The position numbers and the translations under genes were made by a program. Shown in pieces: positions 17,674-26,715 of a stretch of DNA of 64,000 nt (position 1 is its first letter; the number at the start of each line of letters is the position of its first letter). The notes beneath the pieces are model-generated. The model was not told the DNA's origin. It made no database searches and saw only the letters and a program-made list of their open reading frames with translations. This DNA comes from a bacterium. Lineage in GTDB: Bacteria > Patescibacteriota > Microgenomatia > Curtissbacterales > GWA2-41-24. The DNA lies in NCBI GenBank assembly GCA_021813945.1, contig JAKAJD010000001.1, positions 496,412 to 560,411 of the forward strand. Reading direction: 5' to 3'.

Positions 17674-19422
17674 TTAGCTTCTGTTCTTTACCCACCAATC
17701 TAAAATTTCCCTGGCAACCGGCCCTGCAACAACCGATCCCTCACCACCGTTTTCGACAACTACAGTAATCGAAACTGCAGGTTTATCAAATGGGGCATAA
17801 GCTGTGAACCAAGCATGTGGGTCACCCAAAGTCTTTTCCGCAGTTCCTGTTTTGCACCCAACTTTATACGGTGCATTAAAAAAGGGCACACCCGTTCCTC
17901 CGCTTTGGCAGGCCTGCTCCATACCAGATCGTACTACACCAACAAACTTTGAATCAACTAAATTCTCGCCTTTTACATTTCCCTTAAAATTTATTTCACC
18001 GCTTCCGGCACCGGCATCAATCTTAGAAACCACGTAAGGTTTAGTTAATTTTCCGCTGGCAACATAAGAAGTCATTTGGTTTATCTGGATTGGTGTTGTC
18101 AGCAAAAATCCCTGGCCTATCCCAAGATGCATCGTATCACCGGGGTACCAATCCTCACCCAAAGTGGATTTTTTCCAAACGCCGTCCGGGACCAGCCCGA
18201 AAGCCTCACCCGGCAAATCTATCCCGGTGACTTGTCCGAATCCCAACTTTACTAACAACTTGTGAAGATCTTCTATCCCCACCATTTGTGCCGCTTTAAA
18301 GAAAAAAATGTCATTGGACCTGGCGATAGCCCTGTCAATTTTTATAACCCCGTCCGTTTTCCCATACTGGTTGAAATACCAATTGGAAAAAGTTGTCCCC
18401 GAAAACTCAAACTTCCCGACGTCTTCGATTTCGGTGTCCGGTGTAATTTTTCCACTGGAGAGCCCGGCCATTGCCACAGCCAGCTTAAAAACAGACCCGG
18501 GCGGATAAACCCCCTGGATTGCCCTGTCGAAAAACGGCTGGTTCGGGTCGCCCATCGATTTTCCAATATCAAACGGGTTAAATGAAGGGGCCGAAGCCAA
18601 AGCCAAAACTTCCCCTGTTTGGGGGTTTTGGACAATAACCGCGCCTTTTTTAGTCCCGATTTTGTCCGTTTGTTTTTTCAAAGCGTCAAAGGCAATTTTT
18701 TGTAAGTTTGAATCTAAAGTTAAATGAAGGTCCCTGCCCGAAACCGCTTTTGCATCGTCCAAAATAGAAATCTTGTTTCCAGTTGCGTCTACCTCGATTA
18801 ATTTTTCGCCGGGCTTTCCCTGCAAAAAACTATCGTAAGCCTGCTCAACACCTAGGCGCCCAACGGAATTTATTTTCGAGAGATTGGGATTATTTTCAAA
18901 ATCCGAACTGTTTGCAACACTTGTGTAACCTAAAACATGGGCAGTGACATCACCTAACGTATAGACACGTTTGACACCTTGTTTGATTTGCCCCAGATCA
19001 CCTTTAAAGTTTTCGCCGGCAAGCCCTTGTTTTTCCAAATCGGCAACTTGTTGATTAGTAATTACTGTATCGTGCCCGTCCTTTTCCAAAACATAAGAAG
19101 TTTGCGACTGGGCCAAAATCCCGCCGTTTCTGTCAAAAATCCTGCCTCTTGGGGCTTCAGTCTTCAGAAGACTGATTCTGTTTCCTTCCGAAAGTTCCTT
19201 ATTTTCTGCGCCGTGAACCACTGAAAGCGAAAAAAGCCTGCCGACAAAAACCAAAAGCACCACAACTACCAAAATGTAAAAAGGGTAAAAAGAAGAAATA
19301 GGAAAGCTTCCACCGTCAGAAAAGAAACTGGATGAATCGGGATCGCGGAATTTCCAATGGCGTTTACCGGAAGCGCTTATGGAATGTTCCATACCCAGCA
19401 GTCTTGGTTTTGGCTTCTTCAC
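17674..19422 (-). CDS. mrdA: Penicillin-binding protein 2
   Basis: TM helix, PRGRIFDRNG, PGSVFK (SxxK), SND, KTGTAE. Confidence 0.92.
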   Translation of the reverse strand: MKKPKPRLLGMEHSISASGKRHWKFRDPDSSSFFSDGGSFPISSFYPFYILVVVVLLVFVGRLFSLSVVHGAENKELSEGNRISLLKTEAPRGRIFDRNGGILAQSQTSYVLEKDGHDTVITNQQVADLEKQGLAGENFKGDLGQIKQGVKRVYTLGDVTAHVLGYTSVANSSDFENNPNLSKINSVGRLGVEQAYDSFLQGKPGEKLIEVDATGNKISILDDAKAVSGRDLHLTLDSNLQKIAFDALKKQTDKIGTKKGAVIVQNPQTGEVLALASAPSFNPFDIGKSMGDPNQPFFDRAIQGVYPPGSVFKLAVAMAGLSSGKITPDTEIEDVGKFEFSGTTFSNWYFNQYGKTDGVIKIDRAIARSNDIFFFKAAQMVGIEDLHKLLVKLGFGQVTGIDLPGEAFGLVPDGVWKKSTLGEDWYPGDTMHLGIGQGFLLTTPIQINQMTSYVASGKLTKPYVVSKIDAGAGSGEINFKGNVKGENLVDSKFVGVVRSGMEQACQSGGTGVPFFNAPYKVGCKTGTAEKTLGDPHAWFTAYAPFDKPAVSITVVVENGGEGSVVAGPVAREILDWWVKNRS

Positions 19423-19487
19423 TAGTTGGTTGTGTTTACACTGAGCAATTTATTGCGAACATGTTTACCCTGAGCAATAATTCATTA

Positions 19488-20540
19488 TTATTGCGAACGG
19501 GCTATCTTAACTTTCTCGAGAAGTTCCGGATTTTCCAAAAGTTTCGCACAACCCAGAACTACACAAGAAAGCGGCTCGTTGGCAACGATAACCGGCATTT
19601 TTGTTTCCTGGGAGATAAATTTAGGCAAACCATATAAAAGCGCGCCGCCGCCGCAAAGCACAATTCCCCTTTCCGCAATGTCCGAAGCAAGCTCCGGCGG
19701 GGCATCTTCTATCGTATCGCGGATAGCATCAACAATTGTATTTATGGTTGGAGCCAGGGCTTCCCTTATTTGCGTCGATGTCAGCTTCACCGATTTTGGA
19801 AGTCCCTTTTCTAAATCCCGTCCCCTAACAACCATTTGTTTTTCAACGGGCATCGGATAAGCGCTTCCCAAAAGCATCTTCACTTCCTCCGCAGTTTTTT
19901 CGCCAAGCGCAAGCCCAAAGCGAAACCTAACATAGTTGATTATATCCCGCTCCATAGTATCTCCCGCCATCTTCAAAGATTTTCCTGTGACCACTCCTCC
20001 CAAAGAAATAACCGCCATATCGCTTGTCCCTCCGCCAATATCAACAATCATCGACCCGATAGGCTCCCAAACCGCAAGGCCCGCCCCAACGGCAGCAGCC
20101 ATTGGCTCTTCCACCAAATACGCCTCCCTTGCCCCGGACGCCCTGGCAACATCCAAAAGCGCCCGCTTTTCCACTTCGGTAACTTGCGAAGGCACACCCA
20201 AAATTATTCGCGGCCTTGGAATAGAAAATTTTTTGTTCGGTGTCGAATGAATTTTTTTGACAAAGTAAGAAAGCATTGCCAAAGTGGTGTCGTAGTCCGA
20301 AATCACTCCGTCTTTCATCGGCCGGACGGTCAGGAGGTTTGCAGGAGTTCTGCCGATCATTTTTCTGGCTTCCGCCCCAATGGCAATAACGTTTTTTGTT
20401 TTTTTATGCTGGGCAACTATAGAAGGCTCCCGTACAACAATTCCCTTGCCGGAAACATAAATTAAAGTGTTTGCGGTTCCTAAATCTACACCCAAATCAG
20501 AAGAAAACAATCCAAGAATATTATCGACAACCGGAATCAT
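19488..20540 (-). CDS. mreB: Rod shape protein MreB (likely start ATG 20540)
   Basis: DLGTANT, EEPMAAA, DIGGGT, GGGALL. Confidence 0.97.
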   Translation of the reverse strand: MIPVVDNILGLFSSDLGVDLGTANTLIYVSGKGIVVREPSIVAQHKKTKNVIAIGAEARKMIGRTPANLLTVRPMKDGVISDYDTTLAMLSYFVKKIHSTPNKKFSIPRPRIILGVPSQVTEVEKRALLDVARASGAREAYLVEEPMAAAVGAGLAVWEPIGSMIVDIGGGTSDMAVISLGGVVTGKSLKMAGDTMERDIINYVRFRFGLALGEKTAEEVKMLLGSAYPMPVEKQMVVRGRDLEKGLPKSVKLTSTQIREALAPTINTIVDAIRDTIEDAPPELASDIAERGIVLCGGGALLYGLPKFISQETKMPVIVANEPLSCVVLGCAKLLENPELLEKVKIARSQ

Positions 20541-20619
20541 CACAAGCGGCCTAAAGTATAACCAATCTTCACTCTTTATAAAAGTTGCCAACCAACTTCC
20601 ATATTGCTAACATCAGTGC

Positions 20620-22602
20620 GTGGCAAGCTCGCTTGAAGACTATTTTAAAAAAGCTATCGATTTTTGCCTTTTGGCGCTTGCCGTTGTAACCCCTTTTATT
20701 TTTACGACCCAAACTACCGAACTTTTTGAAGTCCCCAAAATGTTTTTTGTTTATTTGGTTTCTGTGATACTTCTTTTTTTGATAGTTTCAAAATCCATAC
20801 TCGAGAAAAAATTTACATTCCCCACCGGTGCGGCAACAATAGCTTTTGGATTTTTTCTTCTAACCCAAATCGCCTCAACCATAACCTCAACCGATAAATA
20901 TTTGTCGATCTTTGGATATCCAACTCGTTTAAATGGAGGTTTACTTTCACTAATTTCTTATTTCGTGATTTTCGCCTCAGCAATTACCCAGCTGGATAAA
21001 ATCCGTGCGAACCGCATCCTTTTGGCACTTGTTGTTTCCGCAATTGCCGTTTCTCTTTGGGGAATCCCTGCACATTTCGGGCTTGACCCGTCGTGTTTTG
21101 TTTTAACAGGCAACTTAAATTCAAGCTGTTGGACTGCCGATTTCAATCCAATGTTAAGAATTTTCTCAACCATGGGACAACCCAATTGGCTGGCATCTTA
21201 TCTGGTTTTGGCCTTACCGATTTCCTTAGCACACCTTATAAATTTCAAGTCGAAAAACGCCAAACTTTTCTTTGGGGCTGCATCCGCAATAATCTTTATG
21301 GCACTGGTTTTAACAACCTCAAGAGCCGGAATTCTTGGAGCTACAATCTCCCTACTGATTTTTGTTGCTTTTCTGGGAAGAAAAATTTTAAAAACAAACT
21401 TAAAAATTCTAGCTGCAATTTTGGCTGTATTTATCGTAATTTGGTTAACATTCGGAACTGCCCTAACTTCCAGAATTTCAGAAGCCGTTACCTCCAACAA
21501 ATCTCAAATCAAATCACCCCTATCAAACACACCAACTAAACCAATCCAGTCATCACTCACAACCGGCGGCACCGAATCCAGCCAAATCCGATTTATCGTC
21601 TGGCAAGGCGCCCTAAAAGTTTTTGAAAAATGGCCGATTTTGGGAAGCGGCCCGGAGACATTCGTCAACAGCTATTACCTTTTCCGCCCAACCGCCCACA
21701 ACCAAACCACCGAATGGAAATTTTTCTATAATAAAGCCCACAACGAATTTTTAAACTATCTGTCGACAACCGGAATCGTCGGTCTTTTGGGATTTATGGG
21801 TTTTGTTTCAGCAATTTTTTTGCAGCTTGGAAAAAAGGCACCGGACGAAAAAACAAGCGTAATTTCTAAAGCAACGATTGCTGCAATAGCAGGTTACCTT
21901 GTGTCAATCTTTTTTGGTTTCTCTACAGTTGCCACCCAAACCGTCTTCTTTTTGGCATCTGCCACAACACTCGCCCTAACCGGAGCAGAAAAAACTAAAA
22001 CCATAAACTTTAAGGTTGGGAAAATCCAAGCATGGGGAGCGCTGTCCCTTACCACCGTTATCTCTCTTTATCTCTTGACCTTTGTTATAAGAATTGCCCT
22101 TTCCGACACGCTTCAAAGGCGTGCGGACAGCTTTCAGGAAACATCGCCAGGCCGGTCCCTCATAATTTATGACAACGCACTAACCACCTCTCCAACCCAA
22201 AACCCCTTTTTGGCTGCCAACTTTGCCTATTCTTTGGCTTCATACGCCGTGGATATAAAAGACGAGGCCTCAACCCAAAAACTGGTAAATCGTGCAGATT
22301 CTCTTGCACGTCAGACGCAAAAAACTGCTCCTAACAATTTCCTGGCAACTTTAGATATCGCCAAAACTTACTTAATCCTTGCGCAAAAAGATCCTAAATT
22401 CGAAAATGAGGCAAAAAACTACGCCGAAAAGCTTCCGCAAATGGCACCCACTTATCCACCTTCCTACTTAACTCTTGCTAAAACCCAAATAGCCATTGGC
22501 GAAAGGGCTCAGGCCCAACAATCACTTGAAACAGCCCTTAATTTAAGACCTGATTACAAAGAAGCCAAAGACCTACTTGAACAGATCAGGTCAAACCCTT
22601 AA
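20620..22602 (+). CDS. O-antigen ligase-family membrane protein with TPR tail
   Basis: STMGQPNWLA, LTTSRAG, R..VW..A, GSGPETF, KAHNEFL; C-terminal TPR-like helices. Confidence 0.85.
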   Translation: MASSLEDYFKKAIDFCLLALAVVTPFIFTTQTTELFEVPKMFFVYLVSVILLFLIVSKSILEKKFTFPTGAATIAFGFFLLTQIASTITSTDKYLSIFGYPTRLNGGLLSLISYFVIFASAITQLDKIRANRILLALVVSAIAVSLWGIPAHFGLDPSCFVLTGNLNSSCWTADFNPMLRIFSTMGQPNWLASYLVLALPISLAHLINFKSKNAKLFFGAASAIIFMALVLTTSRAGILGATISLLIFVAFLGRKILKTNLKILAAILAVFIVIWLTFGTALTSRISEAVTSNKSQIKSPLSNTPTKPIQSSLTTGGTESSQIRFIVWQGALKVFEKWPILGSGPETFVNSYYLFRPTAHNQTTEWKFFYNKAHNEFLNYLSTTGIVGLLGFMGFVSAIFLQLGKKAPDEKTSVISKATIAAIAGYLVSIFFGFSTVATQTVFFLASATTLALTGAEKTKTINFKVGKIQAWGALSLTTVISLYLLTFVIRIALSDTLQRRADSFQETSPGRSLIIYDNALTTSPTQNPFLAANFAYSLASYAVDIKDEASTQKLVNRADSLARQTQKTAPNNFLATLDIAKTYLILAQKDPKFENEAKNYAEKLPQMAPTYPPSYLTLAKTQIAIGERAQAQQSLETALNLRPDYKEAKDLLEQIRSNP

Positions 22603-22629
22603 AATGAAAGCGAATCTGCTCCGTCTCTG

Positions 22630-23952
22630 ATGTCGATCCTTTTAAAATCCGACCCACAAATCGCCAAACTGATTGCTGCCGAAGAAAAACGCCAAAAAGA
22701 AGTTTTGGAAATGATTCCTTCCGAAAATTATGCTTCTGCTGTTGTGAGATCGGCTCTTGGCACAGTTTTAACTAACAAATATTCAGAAGGCTACCCCAAA
22801 AAACGTTACTATCAGGGAAATCGGGTAATCGACGAAGTGGAATCACTGGCAATCGAACGTGCCAAAAAACTTTTCGGCGTTCCCTATGTCAATGTCCAGG
22901 CGCTTTCCGGTTCCCCTGCCAATTTGGCTGTTTATGTCGCACTTTTGGAACCTCTAAAAGACAAGGTCATGGGGCTTTCTTTAGCTTTCGGAGGTCATTT
23001 GACCCACGGACAACCACAATCCGTAACCGGCCGATATTACAAATCAGTGCTGTATGAATTGGGAAAAGACGGTCGGCTGGATTATGACGCGATAGAAAAA
23101 CAGGCCATGCGAGAAAAGCCGAAAATAATAGTCTGCGGATTTACGGCTTATCCAAGGATTATCGATTTCAAACGCTTCGGCCAGATTGCCGACAAAGTGG
23201 GCGCCTTTTTACTTGCAGATGTTTCCCATATAGCCGGACTGATTGCAGCTGGCGTCCATCCGTCGCCTGCACCGTATGCCCACATCATAACCACAACAAC
23301 CCATAAAACTTTGCGCGGACCCCGAGGTGCTTTAATCATGGTCACCCAAAAAGGATTGAAAAAAGATCCGGAATTGGGCAAAAAAATCGACAGTGCCATT
23401 ATTCCCGGAATCCAAGGCGGACCCCATGATGACCAAACCGCATCAATCGCCGTCGCCCTAAAAGAAGCCTCGACCCCCGCCTTCAAAAAATACTCCGCTC
23501 AAATCGTCAAAAACTCCAAAACCCTCGCCGCAGAACTTAACAAATTTGGGTTTGATTTAGTCTCTGGCGGATCCGACAACCACTTGATCTTGATTGATCT
23601 CAGAAACAAGGGCGTCAACGGATCGGTTGCAGCTTATGCATTGGAAGTAGCCGGAATTGTTATAAACAAAAACGGCGTCCCTTTTGACACTATGCCGCCT
23701 TTTTACCCTTCCGGAATCCGCCTCGGCACTCCGGCAATAACAACCCGCGGAATGAAAGAATCCGAAATGAAAAAAGTTGCCGCCTGGATGAACCGCGCAA
23801 TCGAAGAAGTCAAAGGCGAAAAACTGCCGGAAGACAAAGAAAAACGCAATGATTTTCTCAAGAATTTCCGCGCCCGCGCCGACCGTAACAAAAACCTCCT
23901 CAAAATCGCCGCCGAAGTCAAAACCTTGACTAGCAAATTCCCAATTCCATAA
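22630..23952 (+). CDS. glyA: Serine hydroxymethyltransferase
   Basis: PSENY, YSEGYP..RYY, GGHLTHG, TTTTHKTLRGPRG. Confidence 0.99.
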   Translation: MSILLKSDPQIAKLIAAEEKRQKEVLEMIPSENYASAVVRSALGTVLTNKYSEGYPKKRYYQGNRVIDEVESLAIERAKKLFGVPYVNVQALSGSPANLAVYVALLEPLKDKVMGLSLAFGGHLTHGQPQSVTGRYYKSVLYELGKDGRLDYDAIEKQAMREKPKIIVCGFTAYPRIIDFKRFGQIADKVGAFLLADVSHIAGLIAAGVHPSPAPYAHIITTTTHKTLRGPRGALIMVTQKGLKKDPELGKKIDSAIIPGIQGGPHDDQTASIAVALKEASTPAFKKYSAQIVKNSKTLAAELNKFGFDLVSGGSDNHLILIDLRNKGVNGSVAAYALEVAGIVINKNGVPFDTMPPFYPSGIRLGTPAITTRGMKESEMKKVAAWMNRAIEEVKGEKLPEDKEKRNDFLKNFRARADRNKNLLKIAAEVKTLTSKFPIP

Positions 23953-23961
23953 AATCTAACC

Positions 23962-24312
23962 ATGGCATTAGAAAGAGGAGTTCAACAAATTGGAGAGCCA
24001 GAAAGAAAACTGCTCAGGAATCTTAAAAGAGTAGGTGCTATCGGAACATTAGTCTTTGGTGTAACAACCAATGTGGGGATTGCTATAAGTGTAGTTGGAG
24101 TAAGTCGACATAAAAATCCTAGTTACAATGAATCAGGCCAAATAGTAAGACAAGTAGACAACAATGATAGCAACAGGTTGATATTAAGAGGTCTTACCAT
24201 AGCAGAAATATCTCTAGTACTGGGAGTACCGTTTGTCTCCGGACTTAGTTCAGCGTTAATTACCGAATATCTTTTGGATCCTAAAAAACGTCGTCCTGAA
24301 CAAGCAGCATAA
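23962..24312 (+). CDS. Hypothetical 2-TM protein inserted between glyA and folD
   Basis: 116-aa ORF followed by a duplicate of the glyA 3' end. Confidence 0.65.
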   Translation: MALERGVQQIGEPERKLLRNLKRVGAIGTLVFGVTTNVGIAISVVGVSRHKNPSYNESGQIVRQVDNNDSNRLILRGLTIAEISLVLGVPFVSGLSSALITEYLLDPKKRRPEQAA

Positions 24313-24384
24313 GCCTACATGACAAGCCGCTTCCCAATCCCTTAATACTGGAAACTGGAAACTGGAAACTATAAACTATCCCTG

Positions 24385-25380
24385 ATGGCAAAAATCTTAG
24401 ACGGCCGGACTGTGCGCGACAAGATATTAGACAATCTTAAAACGCAGATCGCTAATCTTAAAACGAAACCAAAACTGATTATTATTCAAGTCGGCGACCT
24501 GGATGAAAGCAACACTTATATCGGGCAGAAAATTAAATTCGGCCAGAAAATCGGTGCCATTGCCGAACTTAAAAAATTCCCCGCCGACATTACTCAAAAC
24601 CAGCTGACCTCCCAGCTCCAACAGCTAAATGCTGACCCAACAGTCCACGGCATTATCATCCAGCTGCCAATTTCCCAACATTTGGACAAAGACGAATTGA
24701 TAGAGATGATTGATCCAAAAAAAGACGTTGATGGTCTAACTGCTACAAACGAAGAACTTTTGGAAGAAAACAATCCCGATGCCTTAGTCCCCGCAACCGC
24801 CAAAGGCGTCATCACCATCCTTAACTATTACAAAGTGCCGATTAAAGGCAAAAAAGCAGCAGTTGTCGGCCGATCTAAACTTGTCGGCAAGCCGGTAGCA
24901 ACGCTTCTCAGAAATTTGGGAGCCGAAGTTGAAGTCGGCCACAGCCAAACGCCGAATCTGACAGTTCTTACAAAACCGGCAGACATCATCGTTGTCGCCG
25001 TCGGGAAACCAAACTTAATCACCAAAAACCACGTTTCCCCCGGCCAAACAGTAGTCGATGTAGGTATAAACGTTGTCCAACCGGACAAGGTCAGGCCTTG
25101 GAAAACTGAAAGGCCTGACCTTAAAATCAAAGAAAAAGGCCTGACCTTAGCTAAGCCAGATGACAAGGCCAGGCCTTTTGCCAACGACGGATCTCAGTTA
25201 AGGCCTGGCCTTAACGCAAGCCGAAAACTCGTTGGCGACGTCGCCTTCACCGAAGTCGAACCAATTGTCGCTGCCATTACCCCCGTCCCCGGCGGCATTG
25301 GCCCCATGACCGTCGCCTCCCTCTACGAAAACCTTCTCCTAGCCTACGAATCCCAAAAATTAATTTCTAAAAGGAGCTAA
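24385..25380 (+). CDS. folD: Methylene-THF dehydrogenase/cyclohydrolase with in-frame repeat insertion
   Basis: KDVDG, GRSKLVGKP, VDVGIN, GDV, TPVPGGIGPMT. Confidence 0.97.
   Translation: MAKILDGRTVRDKILDNLKTQIANLKTKPKLIIIQVGDLDESNTYIGQKIKFGQKIGAIAELKKFPADITQNQLTSQLQQLNADPTVHGIIIQLPISQHLDKDELIEMIDPKKDVDGLTATNEELLEENNPDALVPATAKGVITILNYYKVPIKGKKAAVVGRSKLVGKPVATLLRNLGAEVEVGHSQTPNLTVLTKPADIIVVAVGKPNLITKNHVSPGQTVVDVGINVVQPDKVRPWKTERPDLKIKEKGLTLAKPDDKARPFANDGSQLRPGLNASRKLVGDVAFTEVEPIVAAITPVPGGIGPMTVASLYENLLLAYESQKLISKRS
25087..25215. repeat. Palindromic element cluster (5 cores) inside folD
   Basis: Cores at 25087, 25110, 25136, 25165 and 25200. Confidence 0.95.
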
Positions 25381-25644
25381 ATCTGCAAGACTCACCGGCG
25401 TTGGTCCGGCAATGGCTGTAAAAGTTGATTGGATTTGATTCTCTTGATTAAAAACCGGTGCTGGCTCTTCAACGTGTTCGTCATCTGAATTCAGATCATC
25501 AACTAGTTGGAATCCATCGGAAACTACCGCCATAGATAACAAAACAATCACTGTTGCAGCAACAAAATCAATGGTAGCAATCCCTCTTTCGCAGTCTTTG
25601 CGCATAGCAAAGATTATAGATGAAATCGGCACATTTCGAAACAT
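25360..25644 (-). CDS. Hypothetical small membrane protein
   Basis: One TM segment; start uncertain. Confidence 0.45.
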   Translation of the reverse strand: MFRNVPISSIIFAMRKDCERGIATIDFVAATVIVLLSMAVVSDGFQLVDDLNSDDEHVEEPAPVFNQENQIQSTFTAIAGPTPVSLADLAPFRN

Positions 25645-25706
25645 CCTTTTAATAATGTTTCCTTGGTTGACCCCAATAAAACAAACGATATACGATTAAG
25701 TTACCG

Positions 25707-26678
25707 GTGAAATATAAACGCGCATTTGCTCCCATCTTAATAATAATTGTCCTTTTTTCAATAAGCCTTGCAGCAGGTGGCATTTATTATTTCAAAATAA
25801 AAAAACCCAACCCAAAACCAAGTGCTTCTCAAACCGTAACCCCTACTCCCACCCCAAACACAAATCAAAATAACAATTCCGTTTCGAACATAGAAGAAAA
25901 CGCTTCCAAAACCGAACCAAACTCCAAAACAAGTAGTCCCTCAACTTCACCGAACCAAACTTCTTCCCAACCAAAAACTTTTGAATCAGGCGACTTTCAA
26001 GTCACAGTTTCCTGCAACGGATATGCTCCGAAAGTTGCCTTCGGGTGGAAAGACGCAACGGACGAAACCGGCTACTATCTGGATATAAATGACGAAGCAT
26101 GGACCGGGCCAAGCACACCTTCCGGATGGGTTTTTGCAAAACTTGCGGCAAACACCACAACCTACACCTGGGACACTTCCAGAAATTTAGACGGCGCGGA
26201 CAACCCCGTACCCCAAAATTCCAAAACCTATTGGTGGCGGCTTAGAATATTTAACGACTCAAAAACGCCGTACCAGAATACAGACGTTTATCCGGGCAGT
26301 TCAAATCCGCCAGGCAATCCTTTCCAAACACCAAACTGCCAGCCAAACGCAAGTTCTTACAACCTCACCGCTTTTCCTCAAGCAGACCTGTCATTAAACG
26401 TCGGCCAAAGCTACGGAGTAAATGCAGTCCTAAAGGACAATCTTGGAAATGTGGTTTTGTATCAGCAAGATTTCGCTTACACTTGGTCGCAGGAAAACTC
26501 AAAAGTTAAAATTGTGACCGACAACGCTTGCACATTCGAAGTCCAACCGCCCTGTCCAAACGCCCACTCACTTTTTATCGGACAGTTTAAAGGTTCCGAA
26601 AAAGTAACAGTCACAGTCAAAAAGAAATCAACCGGTGAAACCGTTGGCTCCACAATATTCAACGTCACCGTAAATTAA
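25707..26678 (+). CDS. Membrane-anchored extracellular protein (FN3/Ig-like)
   Basis: N-terminal TM, Pro/Thr/Ser linker, W.D...ETGY and TYWWRL beta-sandwich pattern. Confidence 0.7.
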   Translation: MKYKRAFAPILIIIVLFSISLAAGGIYYFKIKKPNPKPSASQTVTPTPTPNTNQNNNSVSNIEENASKTEPNSKTSSPSTSPNQTSSQPKTFESGDFQVTVSCNGYAPKVAFGWKDATDETGYYLDINDEAWTGPSTPSGWVFAKLAANTTTYTWDTSRNLDGADNPVPQNSKTYWWRLRIFNDSKTPYQNTDVYPGSSNPPGNPFQTPNCQPNASSYNLTAFPQADLSLNVGQSYGVNAVLKDNLGNVVLYQQDFAYTWSQENSKVKIVTDNACTFEVQPPCPNAHSLFIGQFKGSEKVTVTVKKKSTGETVGSTIFNVTVN

Positions 26679-26715
26679 GTAAAGTCGTCTAAGTTCTTGA
26701 TATAATCCAAGCGCT

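Noticed and set aside
19836-20465. Long antisense ORFs (also 53126..53650, 56068..56643, 42981..43421)
   Set aside because: They lie wholly or almost wholly antisense to well-supported genes and show no recognisable motifs
25087-25215. CRISPR array
   Set aside because: Cores are 13 bp, alternate in orientation, have 10-23 nt spacers, occur in clusters of at most five, and no cas genes are present
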